From Thermomicrobiales bacterium (GTDB lineage Bacteria; Chloroflexota; Chloroflexia; Thermomicrobiales; CFX8), in NCBI GenBank assembly GCA_037045155.1, contig JBAOIG010000003.1:5818-69817 (forward strand): a DNA stretch of 64,000 nt, written 5' to 3'. This document shows, piece by piece, positions 38,630 through 47,556 of this stretch (positions are counted from its first letter, which is position 1; every line of letters starts with the position of its first letter). The position numbers were made by a program, and so were the translations under genes. The notes below the pieces were generated by a model that had not been told where the DNA came from, did no database searches, and saw only the letters and a list, made by a program, of their open reading frames with translations.

Positions 38630-39637
38630 ATGGCGAAGGCGTTCTACTACGGCGGTCAGGCAGTCATGGAAGGCGTCATGATGCGCGGCCGCTCTTCGAT
38701 GGCGGTCGGGGTTCGCTCCCCGGACGGCAAGATCGTCGTCTGGGAGGAAACGATCACCCCCGGGCCGGTTGTCCGCTCGGTGCGCAACGTCCCGCTCGTC
38801 CGCGGCGCGGTCGTGTTGTGGGACACGATGGTGCTGGGTATGCGGGCGCTGATCTTCTCCGCCAATGTCGGGCTCACCGAGGAGGGCGAAGATGGCGAGG
38901 CCGAGGAGCCGGGTTCGCTCAGCGGACCATTCCTGTGGCTGACAGTGGCGCTCTCGTTGGTGTTTTCGATCGGGCTGTTCTTTGTCGTTCCGCTGGTGAC
39001 GGTCGATCTGCTGAGCCGCTGGATCGAGTCGCACGCGATGATCAATATCATCGAGGGTGTCATCCGGCTCGCGCTGCTGATTGGCTACATGTTCGCGATC
39101 TCTCTGACGAGCGATATCCGCCGGGTGTTTGGCTACCATGGCGCCGAGCATATGACGATCAATGCCTGGGAGCGTGGGGCGCCGGTGGATGTCGAGCACG
39201 TCCGCGGCCAGAGCCTGCGTCATGTGCGCTGCGGCACCGGGTTCTTGCTGATTGTTGTTGTCATCTCGATCCTGTTCTTTCTGACACTGGGCCGGCCGGT
39301 GTGGTACCTGCTCTACGGCTCGCGAATCGTGCTCGTGCCGGTGATTGCCGGGGTGGCCTACGAGGTAATTCGGGCCGGCGCCGCGCACTCAAGAAACCCG
39401 ATCATGCGAGTCGTCCTCGCGCCGGGACTCTGGCTACAGGGCATCACGACTCGACAGCCGGATGATTCGATGATCGAGGTCGCGATCGCCGCATTCAAGC
39501 GGGTTCAGGCGACCGATGGTGTCATCGCCATCACCGACCTGGACCCTGCCGTCGTTGAGGTCGGCGCCGATGGCCAGCCGTTGAGCGGGGCGCCGAGCAT
39601 TCTCCCGGAGCCTGTTCCGGCCATGGTTGAGGTCTAG
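38630..39637 (+). CDS. DUF1385 (YqhQ-like) membrane protein
   Basis: MAKAFYYGGQAVMEGVMMRG ... FGYHGAEHMTINAWE are characteristic DUF1385 blocks. Several TM segments are present. Confidence 0.7.
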   Translation: MAKAFYYGGQAVMEGVMMRGRSSMAVGVRSPDGKIVVWEETITPGPVVRSVRNVPLVRGAVVLWDTMVLGMRALIFSANVGLTEEGEDGEAEEPGSLSGPFLWLTVALSLVFSIGLFFVVPLVTVDLLSRWIESHAMINIIEGVIRLALLIGYMFAISLTSDIRRVFGYHGAEHMTINAWERGAPVDVEHVRGQSLRHVRCGTGFLLIVVVISILFFLTLGRPVWYLLYGSRIVLVPVIAGVAYEVIRAGAAHSRNPIMRVVLAPGLWLQGITTRQPDDSMIEVAIAAFKRVQATDGVIAITDLDPAVVEVGADGQPLSGAPSILPEPVPAMVEV

Positions 39638-39640
39638 TTG

Positions 39641-40138
39641 ATGCACTCCAGAGAGATGGATTTCCAACCGTCAACCGATTCGTCGGCGCTCGATCGAGCT
39701 GCGGGGGATGTCGTCCGCGAGGTCGAAAGCCTCGCCGAGATGGAGGAGGTCTTCCGCATTCGGGACGAGGTGTTCGTCCACGAGCAGCGGCTGACCCGCG
39801 ACGCCCGGCACGATCCCGACGACCGCACGAGCATCCACTATCTCGCCTGGCGCGATGGCCGGCCGCTTGGCACCGGCAGGCTGACCCTGCACGGCCGCGA
39901 GGCACAGGTCGCCTGGGTGGCGGTGCGTCCGGAGGCGCGTGGCTCCGGCCTCGGCAACGCGGTGATGGAGGCGATCATCGATCGGGCCGATCTTGAGCGG
40001 GCGGCCTATATCGTCCTCAACGCGCAGGACCATGCCATTACATTCTACGAACGGCTCGGTTTCGAGATCGTCGGCCCCGAGTTCACGATGGGTGGCATCG
40101 GCCATCGCGTGATGATCCGCCGCGGCGCTCCGAGGTAA
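39641..40138 (+). CDS. GNAT family N-acetyltransferase
   Basis: Acetyl-CoA binding pattern VAVRPEARGSGLGNAVMEAI and ...AITFYERLGFEIVG. Confidence 0.75.
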   Translation: MHSREMDFQPSTDSSALDRAAGDVVREVESLAEMEEVFRIRDEVFVHEQRLTRDARHDPDDRTSIHYLAWRDGRPLGTGRLTLHGREAQVAWVAVRPEARGSGLGNAVMEAIIDRADLERAAYIVLNAQDHAITFYERLGFEIVGPEFTMGGIGHRVMIRRGAPR

Positions 40139-40168
40139 AGCGACAAGCGTAACCGGAGACGGGAGACC

Positions 40169-40195
40169 GGGGTCGGGCCAGACACGCCCGACCCC
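40169..40195. terminator. GC-rich hairpin between convergent genes (possible bidirectional terminator)
   Basis: GGGGTCGGGC-CAGACAC-GCCCGACCCC forms a 10-bp stem. There is no U-tract on either side. Confidence 0.35.
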
Positions 40196-40228
40196 CTCGA
40201 TGCCCGCCCCCGTCCCCCGTCCCCGCCG

Positions 40229-41668
40229 TCAGACTGCCGAGACTGCCTCGCCGACGTGCTCGTCCGGGAGGTCAGCGAGGGCGGCAAGCGGGATCGGCCT
40301 CAACGGCGGTCGGGCGGTGATCAGTCCGACATCGGTGGGCGTTGCGCCGGCCTTCCGCGCGACATAGGCGCGAACGATCGGCGAGCAGATGCGACCCTGG
40401 CACAATCCCATCCCGCAGCGGGTGCGGCGCTTGATGTCGTTGATCGACAGCGCGCCCTCGGCAATTGCCGTGTCGATTGCCGACGCCTGAATCTCTTCGC
40501 AGCGGCAGATGATCGTCTCCGGGGTGACGACGTCGGGCAACGCTGCGCCAGGCACGTAGATCGTGTTCAGCACTCTGGCTATATCGCGGCGCTGGGCGAT
40601 ATCCTGGCGCAGCGAGGCGGCCTGGGCGGTATAGGAACGCTCGCTCAGCAGGCCGAGGTCGTGGGCGGCGCTCAGGCCGGCCAGCGCCCCGGTCGATTCG
40701 GCCAGGTCGGCCCCGCCGATCCCGGCCAGCTGCCCGGCAACGTAGATGCCTGGCTGGCTGGCGCGCATGCCGTCATCGTGGACGACGTGCCATCCTCCAC
40801 GATCTTCCTCCCATGCCGTCTCGCATTCGGCCATCCTGGCGATCTCTGTGAGGGCCTCGAAGCCGAAATGGATGCAGAGGGTATCGACGGCAACAGTGCG
40901 CTGCGTGTCCGGCAGCACCTGCCAGTCGGCATCAGCCCTGGCGAAGGTAACCTCTTCGACCTGGCCATCGCCGCGGGCAGCGGTGACGACGTGGCCGGAA
41001 TAGATCGGGATGTCGTGCTGGGCGAGGACGCGGCGATAGTCCCACGCTTCCTTGACGCGACGCATCTGGCCCCAGAAATGGTGGAGGTGGCGCAGTGGCG
41101 CGGTCGCCTGGCTGCCTTCGACGACGCCAACAACCTGACCGCCGGCCTCGGCAATCTCTCCCGCAACGGCGAGCAGCAATGGCCCTGTGCCAGCGACGAG
41201 GAAGCGTCGGCCCGGCAGGACACCGTCCTTGCTCAGCAGTGACTGGACTCCGCCGGCCATGATGACGCCGGGAAGCGTCCAGCCGGGGAAGGCCGCTGCG
41301 CGTTCCATCGCGCCGCCGGCGAGGACGACGGCGTCTGGCGAGAGAATGTCAGCGGTGTCGCCGCGTAGCGTCGCCACCTGGCTGGGCTGGAACAGCCCCC
41401 AGGCAAGCGTGTCGGTCTGCAACGTGAAGCGGTCGCCATGCAGTGCGGCGAGACGATCCTGGCCCTTCTCGACGCGCTCGTCGAGATCGCGTCCGCGCGA
41501 GATGTTGCGCGCCGCCGACCGCTGCTTGTAGTACTGGCCGCCGACGGCCGGCATCTCATCGATCAGCGTTACTCGCGCACCCTGTTCGAGAAGCATCGTT
41601 GCGGCGGCGATCCCGGCCGGGCCGGCGCCGACGACGACAATCGCGGGGGTGCTGGCTCCGTCGCTCAT
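40229..41668 (-). CDS. FAD/NAD(P)-dependent oxidoreductase with BFD-like [2Fe-2S] domain (HcnB / opine-oxidase subunit A-like)
   Basis: ATG 41668 (AAGGAGAG upstream). IVVVGAGPAGIAAA dinucleotide fold and the C-terminal CRCEEI...RCGMGLCQGRIC motif. Confidence 0.7.
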   Translation of the reverse strand: MSDGASTPAIVVVGAGPAGIAAATMLLEQGARVTLIDEMPAVGGQYYKQRSAARNISRGRDLDERVEKGQDRLAALHGDRFTLQTDTLAWGLFQPSQVATLRGDTADILSPDAVVLAGGAMERAAAFPGWTLPGVIMAGGVQSLLSKDGVLPGRRFLVAGTGPLLLAVAGEIAEAGGQVVGVVEGSQATAPLRHLHHFWGQMRRVKEAWDYRRVLAQHDIPIYSGHVVTAARGDGQVEEVTFARADADWQVLPDTQRTVAVDTLCIHFGFEALTEIARMAECETAWEEDRGGWHVVHDDGMRASQPGIYVAGQLAGIGGADLAESTGALAGLSAAHDLGLLSERSYTAQAASLRQDIAQRRDIARVLNTIYVPGAALPDVVTPETIICRCEEIQASAIDTAIAEGALSINDIKRRTRCGMGLCQGRICSPIVRAYVARKAGATPTDVGLITARPPLRPIPLAALADLPDEHVGEAVSAV

Positions 41669-41982
41669 GCGATCTCTCCTTCGGGGCCCCAGGCATACGG
41701 CCGGTTGGGCTCGACCACGAGCCCCGCAGATGCCGGAGTGACACAGGCGCGGCAGCTCGGTGTGCCATTCACCGTCACCAGACAGTCGAAGCACATCCCG
41801 ATTCCACAGAGCATCCCGCGCGGCTGACCGCCGGAGGTCTCGCGCAGCGTCCGAACGCCGCGCGCGAGCAACGCGCCAAGGATCGTCTCGCCCGGATAGG
41901 CGGTGACGTCTTCGCCCTCCCACTTGAACGTGAACGCTTCGCCACGGGCGACTCGTTGCCCGCGCAACTCCTCGATTCGCAT
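41665..41982 (-). CDS. (2Fe-2S)-binding protein (HcnA / sarcosine-oxidase alpha N-terminal-like)
   Basis: 105 aa with GMLCGIGMCFDCLVTVNGTPSCRACV. It overlaps the downstream gene by 4 nt. Confidence 0.65.
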   Translation of the reverse strand: MRIEELRGQRVARGEAFTFKWEGEDVTAYPGETILGALLARGVRTLRETSGGQPRGMLCGIGMCFDCLVTVNGTPSCRACVTPASAGLVVEPNRPYAWGPEGEIA

Positions 41983-42100
41983 CGGCCGTCCCTTTCACAT
42001 CAGTGCCTGATGCATTATCCGGCATCCTGGCTGGGCACGCTACGCCATGTCGCATACTATCGTCTCTCAGCAATCCGTGGATGATGAAGGAGGGTGCTGG

Positions 42101-42520
42101 ATGGCAACGCTGCGATACGTCGAGGAGGATGACGCCGACGAGCGCGTGAGCGCCGCCTATGACGACATCAAGGCCGGCTTCGGCAACGGACAGGTGCCAA
42201 ACGTCTATAAGGTCCTGGGCAACAACGCGACCATCCTCGAGGCTGCGGTCGAGCATCGCCATCGAGTGATGGAAGAAGGCACACTCGACTCGACGGCGAA
42301 AGAGCTCCTCGCCTGGGCCACAGTGACGCTACTGAACAATCGCTTCGGCATCCAGATCCACACCGCCCGCCTGAAGCGGCTCGGCTTCAGCGACGCCGAG
42401 GTGCTGGAGGCGCTGGGCGTGCTCCAGTACTTCGCTGGCATCTCAGTCGTCATCAACGGCCTCGACATGGGCGACGACGTGAACGAGGACATCAAGCGAT
42501 TTCTCAAGAACGAAGAATGA
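42101..42520 (+). CDS. carboxymuconolactone decarboxylase (AhpD-like) family protein
   Basis: ATG 42101 after GAAGGAGGG. 139-aa helical protein with the CMD-like pattern (KELLAWATVTLLNNRFGIQIHTARLKRLGFSDAEVLEAL). Confidence 0.55.
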   Translation: MATLRYVEEDDADERVSAAYDDIKAGFGNGQVPNVYKVLGNNATILEAAVEHRHRVMEEGTLDSTAKELLAWATVTLLNNRFGIQIHTARLKRLGFSDAEVLEALGVLQYFAGISVVINGLDMGDDVNEDIKRFLKNEE

Positions 42521-42611
42521 GGGACGGGGCACGGGGCACGGGGCACGGGGGTGGCGCGTGCGAGTTTCATCCCCCATCCCTCATCCCTGACGTCGTTCGA
42601 AAGGCGAGGAT

Positions 42612-43643
42612 ATGACGACGAAAACGCCGCCGATCGAGCCACTGGCCCTCGATGGAGACCGGATTACGATCATCGACCAGACGCTGCTGCCCGGGGAGGA
42701 GCGGCGGGTGACGGTCGGCACAATCGAGGAGATGCACGAGTCGATTCGTAGCTTGCGGGTGCGCGGCGCGCCGGCCATCGGCATCGCGGCAGCGTTCGGG
42801 CTGGATATCGCGGCGCGGGCGTCGCTGGCGACCGAGCGCGCTGCGTTCCTCGCCGATCTCGATGCGGCGCGGGTCTACCTCGCGTCCTCCCGGCCGACGG
42901 CGGTGAATCTGTTCTGGGCGCTCGACCGGGTCTGGGCGCGGGTGTCGAACGAGCAGGGGGATGTGACCACGCTGCGGGCGGCAGTGCGCGCGGAGGCGCT
43001 CGCGATCCTGGAGGATGACCGCGCGGCCGGCCGGGCAATCGGCGAATACGGCGCGGCACTATTGACCGACGGCGCAGTGCTGACACATTGCAACGCCGGC
43101 GGGCTGGCGACTTCAGGCTACGGCACGGCGCTCGCGCCGATCTATCTCGCTCACGAGCAGGGAAAGGCGATCGCAGTCTTTGCCGACGAGACGCGGCCAC
43201 TGCTGCAGGGAGCGCGGCTGACTGCATGGGAGATGGCGCGGGCGGGCGTGCCGGTGACAGTGATCGGCGACGGGATGGCGGCGACCGTCCTGGCGCGTGG
43301 CGATGCGCAGGCGGTAATCGTCGGGGCGGACCGGGTGGCGGCGAATGGGGACTTTGCCAACAAGATCGGGACGCTCGGTCTGGCAATCATTGCCCACGAG
43401 CTGAGCGTTCCGTTCTACGTCGCGATGCCACTCTCGACGGTCGACCCCACGATCGCCAGTGGCGCTGAGATCCCGATCGAGGTGCGCGGGGAGGACGAGC
43501 TGCGCGTCTTCAATGGCCGCGCGATCGTCCCTGCCGCAGCTGGAGTCTATAACCCTGCCTTCGATATTACCCCCCACCGCTATGTCACTGCCTTCATCAC
43601 CGAGCGGGGCGTTGTCTCCCCGCCGTATTTGTTCGGGATCTGA
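42612..43643 (+). CDS. mtnA: S-methyl-5-thioribose-1-phosphate isomerase
   Basis: LRVRGAPAIGIAAAFG, HCNAGGLATSGYGTALAPI, VGADRVAANGDFANKIGT and NPAFDITP are classic MtnA / eIF-2B-related blocks. Confidence 0.85.
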   Translation: MTTKTPPIEPLALDGDRITIIDQTLLPGEERRVTVGTIEEMHESIRSLRVRGAPAIGIAAAFGLDIAARASLATERAAFLADLDAARVYLASSRPTAVNLFWALDRVWARVSNEQGDVTTLRAAVRAEALAILEDDRAAGRAIGEYGAALLTDGAVLTHCNAGGLATSGYGTALAPIYLAHEQGKAIAVFADETRPLLQGARLTAWEMARAGVPVTVIGDGMAATVLARGDAQAVIVGADRVAANGDFANKIGTLGLAIIAHELSVPFYVAMPLSTVDPTIASGAEIPIEVRGEDELRVFNGRAIVPAAAGVYNPAFDITPHRYVTAFITERGVVSPPYLFGI

Positions 43644-43670
43644 CAGCCGCAGATAGTGCGTGTACTCGGC

Positions 43671-43703
43671 CCACACGAGGAGTCGCGAGCGGTGGGGTTT
43701 TTG
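43671..43703 (+). terminator. intrinsic terminator after mtnA
   Basis: CCCACACGAGGAGTCGCGAGCGGTGGGG is an imperfect hairpin, followed by TTTTT. Confidence 0.5.
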
Positions 43704-43738
43704 CAACCAAGCATCATTGCTGTGACATGCTGAAATTC

Positions 43739-43768
43739 TTGACTCGTTCTGGGCCGGCGGGCTATACT
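43739..43768 (+). promoter_or_regulatory. sigma70-type promoter for the large secreted protein gene
   Basis: TTGACT (43739-43744), 18-nt spacer, TATACT (43763-43768). AT-rich CTGAAATTC lies just upstream. The predicted leader is ~150 nt to ATG 43923. Confidence 0.5.
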
Positions 43769-43922
43769 ACGAACAGACAACACACAGGATACCCAGGGCT
43801 GATTGACGGGAGGGATACCAGCAATCAGAAATGGCCGTCGCGCCATCGATTGTGCGCGGGGATGCGGTGGCCAGGGGGATCAGAGCGCGCAAGCTTGTGA
43901 CAACTGATTAGGGGTGGATGTG

Positions 43923-46900
43923 ATGAGGAAGCCCTCGCGGTTTCTTCGTATTCTTGCCACGCTGGGCATGCTGGCGGGGTTGTTGGCCGTCCTGGGGGGG
44001 ACGCCAGCCGCCGCGGCCGCTCCGAGTCCTGGTTGGGACCCGGGCGTCGCGCCAGGCAACCTGTTCTTTTCCATTGGTGGGGCTCAGGAGGTCTATTTCC
44101 CGTGGGTCTACAACAACGACAGCTTCGGCCTGGGTGAGGCGAACGGATCGGTCACGGTCCAGAACCTGACGCATGTCGATGGCTATGTCTTCTTCTACGT
44201 CGGTGATGGCGACGGCTGGACATACACCTCGTATGCCAACCTGGCCGGCGGCGCGTCGAAGACCTTCTCGGCCGCCTCCATCGGAGTCCCGGCCCCGGGC
44301 GCTCCGGTCATGGCAGCCATCTATGAGGAGAAGATCTCGTACGACGGCACGAAGTACGTTTGCGAAGGCGACTATGGCCACGACATCAATGGAGACGGCG
44401 ACTTCAACGACTGCGACTACATCGCGGTGCGGAAGAACGTGCTCGTCCCGCTGTGGGCTGCTGGCCTGGTCAAGTCGGCGGTGGCCGGCGCGGGCCTTCC
44501 ATACACCACATCGGCGGACAGCTCGGTCTCGGGGTACAACGGCCTGAGCGGCGCAGAGGTCGAGCTCGACCGCAACGATGATCTGGCCGACGGTGTTTAC
44601 ATTCCGATCGTCCAGACTAACGACGGTCCGGGCGGCGCGTGGGACACCCGGGTGACCGTCGCCAACCTCGGTGACAATGCCAACGCAGGGGTGACGCTGC
44701 GCTTCTTCCCGAACAACGGGGATGGCTCTGGCTCGCTGCAGACCGGTTGGCAGGAGAACGTGCTGATCAGTGTCGGCGCGGTCTACCAGCTCACCCTGTC
44801 TGACCTCGTCCCAACGGGTTGGACCGGCTCTGTCCACATCTATTCGGATGACAGAATCGGGGCGATCGCCGATCGTTACAAGGTCGGCACCAACATGTGG
44901 CTGACCAATATCGGCAGCCAGGCCAGCTTCGAGGTCCAGCCAGGCGCATATTGTGGCGAGGGTGGCTGCGGCGTCGATATCAATGGCGGCCTGTGGTACC
45001 CGTTTGCCGGCCAGTACGTGCTGTTCGCGCCGCTGGTGTACATGGACTACAACGGCTGGAACACCGGCTTCTCGGTCGCGAACCTGGTTAGCGCCGATAA
45101 CAACATCAACATCCAGTACGTCCACAACGGCAATGCCATCCAGGTGCTGACGCAGCGGTTGTCGGCGCACGGGATGATCACGGCGTACCGGCCGAGCCAG
45201 CCGGACCAGGACCAGAACCAGCAGAACGTGATGTTCGACCAGGTTGCTGGGGCGCTGATCCTGTCGGACGCGCCAGTGGCGGTGGCGGTCGACGCCGTCA
45301 AGTACTTCGGGAACGACAACAACGTTGGCCAGGCGATGACGTACAACGCCACTGCTGCGCTGAGCACCGCCCAGGCGATGCCGCTGGTGCAGAAGGGCAA
45401 CCCGGCGACGGGCATGGGGGCGACCTCGGGCCTGGCGCTATTGAATCCGCTGCCGCTCCCGAACTCGATGGCGGTGACCTGGCTGAACCAGTCGGGGTAC
45501 AACGCGGCGAACTTCGGGACATCGACGATCATCGTGCCGGCGCAGTCGATCGGGATTGCGTACACGATGACGCAGCACAACCTGCCGAACGGGTACTACG
45601 GGTCGGCGGTGGTGCACGCGAACCTGCCGTTCACGATGGTCTCGGCGAACGTCGATTACCAGGTGCAGGGTGATGGCTCGGTGATCTGGAACGGGTACAA
45701 CCCGTGTGGATTGTTCCGGGCGTACCAGGAAGACTGTGTCTGGGGTTGGCCGGAACAGCCGGGCCTCGCGACACTGACCAAGATCGTCGTCGACAAGGAA
45801 GGCAATCCGATCGCGGGTGTCAAGGTCACCTTCGACGGCCAGGATGTCAACGGCGACCTCCAGAACGGCGAGGGCTACACCGATGCCGATGGCATCGTCA
45901 GCTGGAGTAGCCTGGTGGCCGGAACCTACAACATCAACGTCGTCGGCGCGCCGGCCGGCTACATGTTCGGCCCCGATTCGGACCTGAGTGACACGAAGAT
46001 CCTCCTGATCGAGGGCGCCAGTGTTACTAAGACCAACATCGTCACGCTGATCCGCCTCACTGCGACGATCACCAAGACCGTCGTCAGCCAGCCGGAGAAC
46101 GGCTACCCGATGGTCGGGATGACGGTCGCGGTCTACGCGGCAGCCAGCTGCCCGGCGCTCGGCTCTACCGTCGCTGACACCTCCGGCGCGTTGGCGTCCG
46201 GCACGACCGGCGATAACGGGCAGGTCGAGCTGACCTTCGACGTTTCCGTAGGCGGCACGGCGGTCTGCGTCGTCGTCATCAACGGGTCCGGCAAGGTCGT
46301 CTCGGTCGACAGTAGTCTGACCTATGGGCCGGCCGCGACCGACGAGATCACGAACGTCGTCGCGGCGACAGCGACGATCACGAAGACTGTTGTGCGCCCC
46401 GGCCCTGCGGATGGCGCGGATATCCCGATCGAGGGCGTGGCGGTCGCGTTGTACGGCGGCGGGTCGTGCCCGGCGGTGGGCGCGACGGCTGGCACGACGG
46501 GACGCCTGACCAGCGGGACGACTGATGCCAACGGCGAAGTCGCGCTGACGATCGACGTTGCGACGACGGGCGCGTCGGTGTGCCTGGTCGTGCTCGACGC
46601 GAACAACAAGGTTGTCGTCCTCGACTCCCCTATCGACATGCTCTATCCGGGCGACACGGTCGAGATCACCAATGAGATCGAGACAACGCTGGATATCTGG
46701 GTCACGGCCGGGTTTACGGTTTTGAATCAGGTTGCGATCTACGTGTTCACTGGCGCTTGCCCGGCAAGCCCGGGGACGACCGGAGCGTACTGGAGCCAGG
46801 CGCTCCAGACGACATATCTAACCATCCCCCTTCTCAGACCCGCGCAGTTCCACCTCTCGTTTCCTCCAGGCCCGTTCTGCGTAGCCGTTGACGCCTACTA

Positions 46901-47036
46901 CAACGGCAGCATCAACACCTGGAGTGGCGGCACGATCCTGCTTGGCGATCCGGAGGAAATCGGCCTCGCGGGCTCTGACGTGGTGGTCGCGCCTCGACTA
47001 TTCAGCCCGTACGCGGCGATCACGATCCAGCCATAA
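43923..47036 (+). CDS. large secreted protein: four-module unassigned N-terminal region (paralog of 31278..32792) plus a Cna-B/prealbumin-like domain plus tandem ~100-aa Cys-pair repeats
   Basis: Signal peptide MRKPSRFLRILATLGMLAGLLAVLGGTPAAAAA. Module starts: YFPWVYNND, IPIVQTNDGPGGAWDTRVTVANLG, APLVYMDYNGWNTGFSVANL, MPLVQKGNP...LALLNP. A DINGDGDFNDCDY Ca-binding-like insert is present. VKVTFDGQ...TDADGIVSWSSLVAGTYNINV is Cna-B-like. Two ATITKTVV...SCPA.G...GTT..NG.V.LT.DV...G...C.VV repeats follow. Confidence 0.75.
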   Translation: MRKPSRFLRILATLGMLAGLLAVLGGTPAAAAAPSPGWDPGVAPGNLFFSIGGAQEVYFPWVYNNDSFGLGEANGSVTVQNLTHVDGYVFFYVGDGDGWTYTSYANLAGGASKTFSAASIGVPAPGAPVMAAIYEEKISYDGTKYVCEGDYGHDINGDGDFNDCDYIAVRKNVLVPLWAAGLVKSAVAGAGLPYTTSADSSVSGYNGLSGAEVELDRNDDLADGVYIPIVQTNDGPGGAWDTRVTVANLGDNANAGVTLRFFPNNGDGSGSLQTGWQENVLISVGAVYQLTLSDLVPTGWTGSVHIYSDDRIGAIADRYKVGTNMWLTNIGSQASFEVQPGAYCGEGGCGVDINGGLWYPFAGQYVLFAPLVYMDYNGWNTGFSVANLVSADNNINIQYVHNGNAIQVLTQRLSAHGMITAYRPSQPDQDQNQQNVMFDQVAGALILSDAPVAVAVDAVKYFGNDNNVGQAMTYNATAALSTAQAMPLVQKGNPATGMGATSGLALLNPLPLPNSMAVTWLNQSGYNAANFGTSTIIVPAQSIGIAYTMTQHNLPNGYYGSAVVHANLPFTMVSANVDYQVQGDGSVIWNGYNPCGLFRAYQEDCVWGWPEQPGLATLTKIVVDKEGNPIAGVKVTFDGQDVNGDLQNGEGYTDADGIVSWSSLVAGTYNINVVGAPAGYMFGPDSDLSDTKILLIEGASVTKTNIVTLIRLTATITKTVVSQPENGYPMVGMTVAVYAAASCPALGSTVADTSGALASGTTGDNGQVELTFDVSVGGTAVCVVVINGSGKVVSVDSSLTYGPAATDEITNVVAATATITKTVVRPGPADGADIPIEGVAVALYGGGSCPAVGATAGTTGRLTSGTTDANGEVALTIDVATTGASVCLVVLDANNKVVVLDSPIDMLYPGDTVEITNEIETTLDIWVTAGFTVLNQVAIYVFTGACPASPGTTGAYWSQALQTTYLTIPLLRPAQFHLSFPPGPFCVAVDAYYNGSINTWSGGTILLGDPEEIGLAGSDVVVAPRLFSPYAAITIQP

Positions 47037-47074
47037 GCGCGAGCGCTGGTGCGACAGCCGGACGCTGAGGACGA

Positions 47075-47104
47075 CCCCCGGGAAACCGGGGGCCGCTTTC
47101 TTTT
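47075..47104 (+). terminator. intrinsic terminator
   Basis: CCCCCGG-GAAA-CCGGGGG is a 7-bp GC stem with a GAAA tetraloop, followed by CCGCTTTCTTTTGTG. Confidence 0.65.
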
Positions 47105-47163
47105 GTGCGCGCCGGACGGAGACATCCCGCCCCTTGGCGGTAGCCCGGGGGGCCGTGTGGCCA

Positions 47164-47556
47164 TCATTTCACGACGATCGTGGCCTCCCAGGTTTTCAGT
47201 GGGGCGACACCGGTCTCGAACGAGCGATGGTAGATCAGCCGCAACGTGGTTGTGCCGGCGCTGACGGCCTTGAAGGTGGCAGTGACTGACCCGCCGGAAC
47301 CAATCGCCGAGCTCTCTGGCGCGAATTTCCAGTCACCCTCTTGCTGGAGCACCCCGGTGTCGAGATTCTCCGGCTCCCAGGCGTAGCCGGTCGTCGGGTT
47401 GCCATCGAGCTTCACTGTGAATGCCTCGCCGGCCTTGAGCCGGATTGTCGTTCCGGCGTCACTCTCGGTCAGCGCCTTCGAGCCTCCGGCGCTGCCGCAC
47501 GCCAGAGCCAGGCCGGCAATGATGATCACCGACGCCAATAGCATCAACACTCGCAT
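47164..47556 (-). CDS. chagasin-family (I42) cysteine peptidase inhibitor lipoprotein
   Basis: ATG 47556 (GAGGAGGG upstream). MRVLMLLASVIIIAGLALACGS lipobox and the diagnostic NPTTGYAW motif. 130 aa. Confidence 0.7.
   Translation of the reverse strand: MRVLMLLASVIIIAGLALACGSAGGSKALTESDAGTTIRLKAGEAFTVKLDGNPTTGYAWEPENLDTGVLQQEGDWKFAPESSAIGSGGSVTATFKAVSAGTTTLRLIYHRSFETGVAPLKTWEATIVVK

Noticed and set aside
43908-45170. 420-aa minus-strand ORF antisense to the large secreted protein gene
   Set aside because: It has no motifs and Arg/Val/Asp-rich composition. The plus strand has a signal peptide, a repeated module structure and a paralog elsewhere in the window.
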